A stretch of DNA of 32,000 bases from Alkanindiges illinoisensis DSM 15370 (GTDB lineage Bacteria; Pseudomonadota; Gammaproteobacteria; Pseudomonadales; Moraxellaceae). The position numbers and the translations under genes are program-made. How positions within the stretch are numbered: position 1 is the stretch's first letter; every line of letters starts with the position of its first letter. The stretch covers positions 1,720,064-1,752,063 of the forward strand of contig NZ_JHUX01000003.1 in assembly GCF_000619845.1 (NCBI RefSeq), in the 5' to 3' direction. Below are positions 27,625-32,000 of this stretch, one piece after another. The notes beneath the pieces are model-generated. The model saw only the letters and a program-made list of their open reading frames with translations, did no database searches and was not told the DNA's origin.

Positions 27625-29721
27625 GTGCCATATTCTGTACGTCGCATTTTAGTCACGAATGCGCTTCCCTATGCCAATGGTCCCATCCATTTAGGCCATT
27701 TATTAGGCTATATTCAGGCTGATATCTGGGTACGTGCAATGCGCGCCATGGGCCATCAGGTAACTTATGTCTGTGCGGATGATGCCCATGGCACTGCAAT
27801 TATGCTTAAAGCCGAGGCCAATGGCGTGACGCCAGAGCAGCAAATTGCACAGGTACAGCGTGAACACGAACGGGATTTTGCTGGCTTTGATATCAGTTTT
27901 GATCACTATCATTCCACGCACAGTGAAGAAAACCGCCAGCGCTCACAGGAAATTTATATTAAAAACCGTGATGCGGGTCATATCAGCACCCGTCCGGTCA
28001 AGCAACTGTTTGACCCGGAAAAAGGCTTATTTCTGGCTGATCGTTTTATTAAGGGTGAATGCCCCAAATGTAGTGCGCCGGATCAATATGGTGATTCCTG
28101 TGAAGTGTGTGGTACCACCTATAATGCCACCGAGCTTAAAAACCCCTATTCCACGTTGAGTGGCGCCACACCAATTGAAAAAGAATCGATTCATTACTTT
28201 TTTAAACTGCCCGATTTTGAGCAGTATTTGCAGGACTGGACCCGCACGCCAAATCGCTTGCCAGTAAGTATTGCCAACAAGCTGAATGAGTGGTTTGAAG
28301 CCGGTTTAAATGATTGGGATATCTCGCGCGATGCGCCATATTTTGGCTTTGAAATTCCGGATGCGCCAGGCAAGTATTTTTATGTCTGGGTGGATGCGCC
28401 AATTGGCTATATGTCCAGCTTTGAGAACTATGTCAGCACGCATGCCGGGAAACAGGCTGGCCTGACCTTTATGGATTACTGGGGCAAGGATAGTACGGCT
28501 GAGCTGTATCACTTTATCGGCAAAGATATTGTGTATTTTCATGCCCTGTTCTGGCCAGCCATGCTGGAAGGTGCTGGCTATCGCACACCAACGGGTATTT
28601 TTGTGAATGGCTTTTTGACGGTAAACGGCCAGAAGATGAGCAAGTCACGCGGTACATTTATCAAGGCTGAAACCTACCTGGAGCATTTGAACCCAGAATA
28701 CCTGCGCTATTATTTTGCCAACAAGCTGTCGGATAAAGTGGAAGACAGCGACCTGAACCTTGATGACTTTATTTTAAAGGTAAACAGTGATCTGGTGGGT
28801 AAAGTGGTGAACATTGCCAGCCGCTGTGCCAAGTTTATTAACACCAAATACAACAATAAAATGTCCGCACTGTGCAGTGAACCTGAGCTGGTGCAAAGCT
28901 TTATTGATGCCGGTGAATCAATTGGCAAGGCTTATGAAGCACGCGAATTCAGCACGGCTATTCGTGACATTATGAGTCTTGCTGACAAAGCCAACCAGTA
29001 CATTGACGAGAAAAAACCCTGGGCACTGGCCAAAATGGATGGCATGTACACTGAAGTACAGGATGTCTGTTCCGTCGGCCTTAACCTGTTCCGCCAGCTG
29101 GTGGTCTATCTGGCACCAGTCTTGCCTACTCTTGCCAAACAGGTGCAACTGTTCTTTAAACTGGACAGCATGGATTTTGCCTCGCGTCAGCAGGTTTTGC
29201 TGGATCATGAGGTGTATACCTTCCAGCCGCTGATGCAACGGGTAGATAAAGCCAAAGTAGAGCTGATGGTGGAAGCATCCAAAGAATCATTAACCAGCAC
29301 AGCTGCACCAGTTACACCGCCTAAAGCTGCCAAACCAGCATCTACCAAGCAAGACGGTAAAACGACTACCAACAAACCTGATACAGCGGCCAGTGACAGT
29401 ATCAAGATTGATGACTTTTTAAAGGTAGACTTGCGGGTTGCCAAAATCCTCAATGCGCAAACGGTAGAAGGTTCGGACAAACTATTGCAACTGACGCTGG
29501 ATGTCGGTGAAGCAGAACCACGCAATGTATTTAGTGGAATTCGCGGCGCGTATGAAGCAGAAAGCCTTGTGGGCCGTTTAACCGTGTTGGTGGCTAATCT
29601 GGCCCCGCGTAAAATGCGTTTTGGGATTTCCAATGGCATGGTGCTGGCCGCAGGCAATGGCGAAGGCATTTTCCTCTTATCACCGGATTCTGGTGCCAAG
29701 CCGGGTGACAAGGTCAGTTAA
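27625..29721 (+). CDS. metG: Methionine--tRNA ligase with a C-terminal tRNA-binding (EMAP/Trbp111-like) domain
   Basis: HIGH motif (PIHLGH), KMSKS, zinc knuckle [18 protein letters not shown], and a C-terminal [11 protein letters not shown]...[13 protein letters not shown] domain. The GTG at 27625 (AAGAGAG SD) gives six residues before [13 protein letters not shown], similar to E. coli MetG. The track start at 27571 is probably too long. Confidence 0.95.
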   Translation: MPYSVRRILVTNALPYANGPIHLGHLLGYIQADIWVRAMRAMGHQVTYVCADDAHGTAIMLKAEANGVTPEQQIAQVQREHERDFAGFDISFDHYHSTHSEENRQRSQEIYIKNRDAGHISTRPVKQLFDPEKGLFLADRFIKGECPKCSAPDQYGDSCEVCGTTYNATELKNPYSTLSGATPIEKESIHYFFKLPDFEQYLQDWTRTPNRLPVSIANKLNEWFEAGLNDWDISRDAPYFGFEIPDAPGKYFYVWVDAPIGYMSSFENYVSTHAGKQAGLTFMDYWGKDSTAELYHFIGKDIVYFHALFWPAMLEGAGYRTPTGIFVNGFLTVNGQKMSKSRGTFIKAETYLEHLNPEYLRYYFANKLSDKVEDSDLNLDDFILKVNSDLVGKVVNIASRCAKFINTKYNNKMSALCSEPELVQSFIDAGESIGKAYEAREFSTAIRDIMSLADKANQYIDEKKPWALAKMDGMYTEVQDVCSVGLNLFRQLVVYLAPVLPTLAKQVQLFFKLDSMDFASRQQVLLDHEVYTFQPLMQRVDKAKVELMVEASKESLTSTAAPVTPPKAAKPASTKQDGKTTTNKPDTAASDSIKIDDFLKVDLRVAKILNAQTVEGSDKLLQLTLDVGEAEPRNVFSGIRGAYEAESLVGRLTVLVANLAPRKMRFGISNGMVLAAGNGEGIFLLSPDSGAKPGDKVS

Positions 29722-29746
29722 TGCCTGAATAAATCGCTAATTAAAA

Positions 29747-29772
29747 GGGCTGAATTCATCAGCCCTTTTTTA
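29747..29772 (+). terminator. Rho-independent terminator after metG
   Basis: GGGCTGA-ATTCA-TCAGCCC followed by TTTTTTAT. Confidence 0.8.
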
Positions 29773-29813
29773 TAAATCAGGCTGACATCAACCTATTAGA
29801 ATGGCAGTTATTT

Positions 29814-30485
29814 TCATACACTTAATTCCTGACTCCACGCTGAACGGGGTTGCTGATAAATGTGCCAGCAGGTTTGTGCAATGGCTTGTGCAGTTTGCCT
29901 GTTTTCAGTGCTCCAGCCTGATAATGTGACATAGCAACACTGGATTCCCTGCGGCTGAAACTCCCGGGCCAGTGATTGCAGTAAAGCCCGGTTACCGGCG
30001 TGCACTGCGCCATCTGCCAGCCAGCCTGAGTCTGGTGCACTGGCATGCATTGAACCGAGTATAATAAATTTTCCCCGCTGACGCGGCAGCATGGGTTTAA
30101 TGGCATGTTGCGCAATATTAATGGCACTTAAACCCGTGTGCTGCCAGCGTTGTTGCATGTCTTCCGAAGTTAGATCAGTGCTTGCCATTTCAAGAGGTGG
30201 CGCAGGCTGGAATACCACCAGCTCAACCACATGGCCAGCCTGTTTAATTTTTTTAAATAAATGTGCCACGGCTTTAGAATCAATCAAGTTAGCTTTCACA
30301 TCGGTGAGTTGATCTAGCGCCTCAAATTGCAGCGTATTGTCTTGCTGACTATGACGCACCTGATACAGTGCCAATTTTTGACTTTGTGCCTGCAGCAGCA
30401 ATGCCTGAGATAAGGCCTCGACACCACTACCGATAACCACGATACAACCCTGTTGTGATGATTTTTTTCTTTTGAAAATATTCAT
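29814..30485 (-). CDS. SDR-fold-like protein (223 aa) lacking obvious catalytic motifs
   Basis: Rossmann-like start CIVVIGSGVEALSQAL and an SDR-like C-terminal half (GSMHAS...AVHAGNRALLQSLAREF). Its start codon overlaps the stop of the upstream SDR gene (TAATG). Confidence 0.6.
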   Translation of the reverse strand: MNIFKRKKSSQQGCIVVIGSGVEALSQALLLQAQSQKLALYQVRHSQQDNTLQFEALDQLTDVKANLIDSKAVAHLFKKIKQAGHVVELVVFQPAPPLEMASTDLTSEDMQQRWQHTGLSAINIAQHAIKPMLPRQRGKFIILGSMHASAPDSGWLADGAVHAGNRALLQSLAREFQPQGIQCCYVTLSGWSTENRQTAQAIAQTCWHIYQQPRSAWSQELSV

Positions 30486-31258
30486 TAAAACTTCTCACTA
30501 TAAGGCCGTAAATCCAGCTCATGCGTCCATAAAGGTTTAGCCTGCTGATGTAGCATCCAGTAGTTTTCTGCAATGGCTTCAATATCTAAGCCGCCAGAGC
30601 CTCGCGTTTTACGCAGTATGCGCCCCAGACCAAACACAGCTTTATTAATACGTTCTCCATCCACCATGCCATCAACCACCACATGCGCAATATGAATATT
30701 TTGCGGATTTAATTCCTTTGCCAGACCTTGGGCATAGGCTCTTAATGCAGCCTTGCCTGTAGTAAATGCTGCAAAATAAGGCTTGCCACGAACTGAAGCA
30801 CTGGCACCGGTAAAAATAATGGTTCCGTATCCCTGCTGTTGCATGGTTTTAACCGCTTGCTGACCCACCAGAAAGCCTGATAAAAATGTCAAACGCCACA
30901 TGCTGTCAAAAAAGCGCAGGCTACTTTTTAAAAACCGCGATGGCATATTACTGCCCACATTGTGGACTACCAGATCAATAGCCTGCTGGCGTGCGTTAAT
31001 ATGGCTAAATAATGCTTCTACCTGACTGGCCTTGGTAGCATCCAGAATATAACTTTCTGCCTGTCCACCAGCCTGCTGAATTTCAGCAACCACCCTGTCC
31101 AGTTTTTCCAGTGTACGCCCTACTACATACACCAGCAGACCTTCGCGGCCTATACGACGGCAGACTGCCGCACCAATTCCCTGAGATGCGCCTACACCAA
31201 TGACCACCGCACAACGCTGGCGAATCACTGGTGATGTTAAATCTTTAGTATTCATCAC
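30485..31258 (-). CDS. SDR family oxidoreductase (257 aa)
   Basis: Glycine motif VIGVGASQGIGAAV, HNVG (an NNAG variant), GASAS and FTTGKAALRAYAQGLAKEL. The active-site position reads FxxxK rather than YxxxK. Confidence 0.8.
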   Translation of the reverse strand: MMNTKDLTSPVIRQRCAVVIGVGASQGIGAAVCRRIGREGLLVYVVGRTLEKLDRVVAEIQQAGGQAESYILDATKASQVEALFSHINARQQAIDLVVHNVGSNMPSRFLKSSLRFFDSMWRLTFLSGFLVGQQAVKTMQQQGYGTIIFTGASASVRGKPYFAAFTTGKAALRAYAQGLAKELNPQNIHIAHVVVDGMVDGERINKAVFGLGRILRKTRGSGGLDIEAIAENYWMLHQQAKPLWTHELDLRPYSEKF

Positions 31259-31560
31259 TTATTTATCCATACTGCCACGTCTGACCGGCTTAAACATTTC
31301 TGCTGTACAGCTTTAATGCTCTCAACAAGGCTATAAATAAAACAAATCTGTTTATTAATGCATTGGTTCCAAAAAGGAACTTATAGCAGAATTTTTTAAT
31401 AAAGAACATTTATTGTTGCCAGACCTTGGTTAATTTGTCTGATCAACGCAGATAAAACGATGTTGGTGGAAAAACTAACTTTTAGGCATACGCGATTAAA
31501 CTTGATATTCAAAAAGCGACGCGTTATATCTTTCTTGATAGCAAATACTTTGGTTCCAAT

Positions 31561-32000
31561 ATGACAACAGGCACACAAGCTCCCATCCAGCTTTTTTATT
31601 TTCCTACTCCGAATGGCCATAAAATCACCATTGCACTGGAAGAAATGCAGCTTCCATACGACATTCAACTGGTGGATATTCGCAAGGGTGATCAGTTTAA
31701 GCCAGCGTTCTTGGACATTTCGCCCAACAACCGCATGCCCGCCATTATTGATCCCAATGGCCCGGATGGCCAGCCAGTTTCAATTTTTGAATCCGGCGCA
31801 ATCTTGCAGTATCTGGGACGTAAAACGGGTTTATTTTATCCGCAGGATGAACGTCAGCGGATTGAAGTTGAACAATGGCTGATGTGGCAAATGGGTGGCT
31901 TTGGCCCGATGCTGGGACAAAACCATCACTTTAACCGATTTGCGCCGGAAAAAATTCCCTATGCCATTAATCGTTATGTGGATGAAACCAAACGGCTGTA
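31561..32000 (+). CDS. yfcG: Nu-class glutathione S-transferase (YfcG-like), N-terminal 146 codons; continues past the window end
   Basis: Absent from the track because it is open at the window end. From ATG 31561: MTTGTQAPIQLFYFPTPNGHKITIALEEMQLPYD...ISPNNRMPAIIDPNGPDGQPVSIFESGAILQYLGRKTGLF...GGFGPMLGQNHHFNRFAPEKIPYAINRYVDETKRL. It is nearly colinear with my recollection of E. coli YfcG. Confidence 0.85.
   Translation, partial: MTTGTQAPIQLFYFPTPNGHKITIALEEMQLPYDIQLVDIRKGDQFKPAFLDISPNNRMPAIIDPNGPDGQPVSIFESGAILQYLGRKTGLFYPQDERQRIEVEQWLMWQMGGFGPMLGQNHHFNRFAPEKIPYAINRYVDETKRL

Noticed and set aside
31396-31882. ORFs 31396..31668 (-) and 31613..31882 (+)
   Set aside because: They overlap, or are out of frame with, the YfcG-like GST frame that starts at 31561 and matches a known family along its whole length.

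Overview
This looks like a chromosomal window from a gammaproteobacterium, most likely Moraxellaceae or Acinetobacter-like. That placement rests on my recollection of Dcd, MetG, ApbC, CoaD, SmpB and CysDN sequences and of the metG/apbC/dcd gene order; no search was run. Housekeeping content: tRNA-Met(CAU), RNase P RNA, yfhL-type ferredoxin, coaD, smpB, cysD, cysN, dcd, apbC/mrp, metG, two SDR-fold genes and a YfcG-like GST that runs off the right edge. The left third is accessory-looking. It holds the 5' 2 kb of a trimeric autotransporter adhesin that runs off the left edge and is absent from the ORF track, a proline-rich lipoprotein, an MBL-fold hydrolase and a KGG-repeat hydrophilin-like stress protein. 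It also holds small secreted or disordered proteins, a multi-TM HisKA_3 sensor kinase with no adjacent response regulator, and a membrane-anchored degenerate BLUF-like protein. The stand-out region is 16322-25202 (minus strand), wedged between cysN and dcd. It encodes six consecutive Sec-signal-bearing, G/N/S/T-rich proteins: a tightly coupled tricistron of 463, 198 and 772 aa, then three separately terminated paralogs. One paralog is interrupted by an in-frame TAG. All six carry the same motif right after the signal peptide (LxxLxDxELxxxxGQxG-like). Every mature cysteine sits in a closely spaced pair, and four proteins end in a terminal C-x6-C (CYGGxT[FY]C-COOH in the paralogs). I see no chaperone, usher, ATPase, sortase or T5SS barrel signature nearby. 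I suspect this corresponds to the Fil (FilA-F) 'putative pilus system' locus of Acinetobacter and Pseudomonas. As far as I recall that locus is named only bioinformatically and its function is uncharacterised. No CRISPR array, transposase or integrase is visible.
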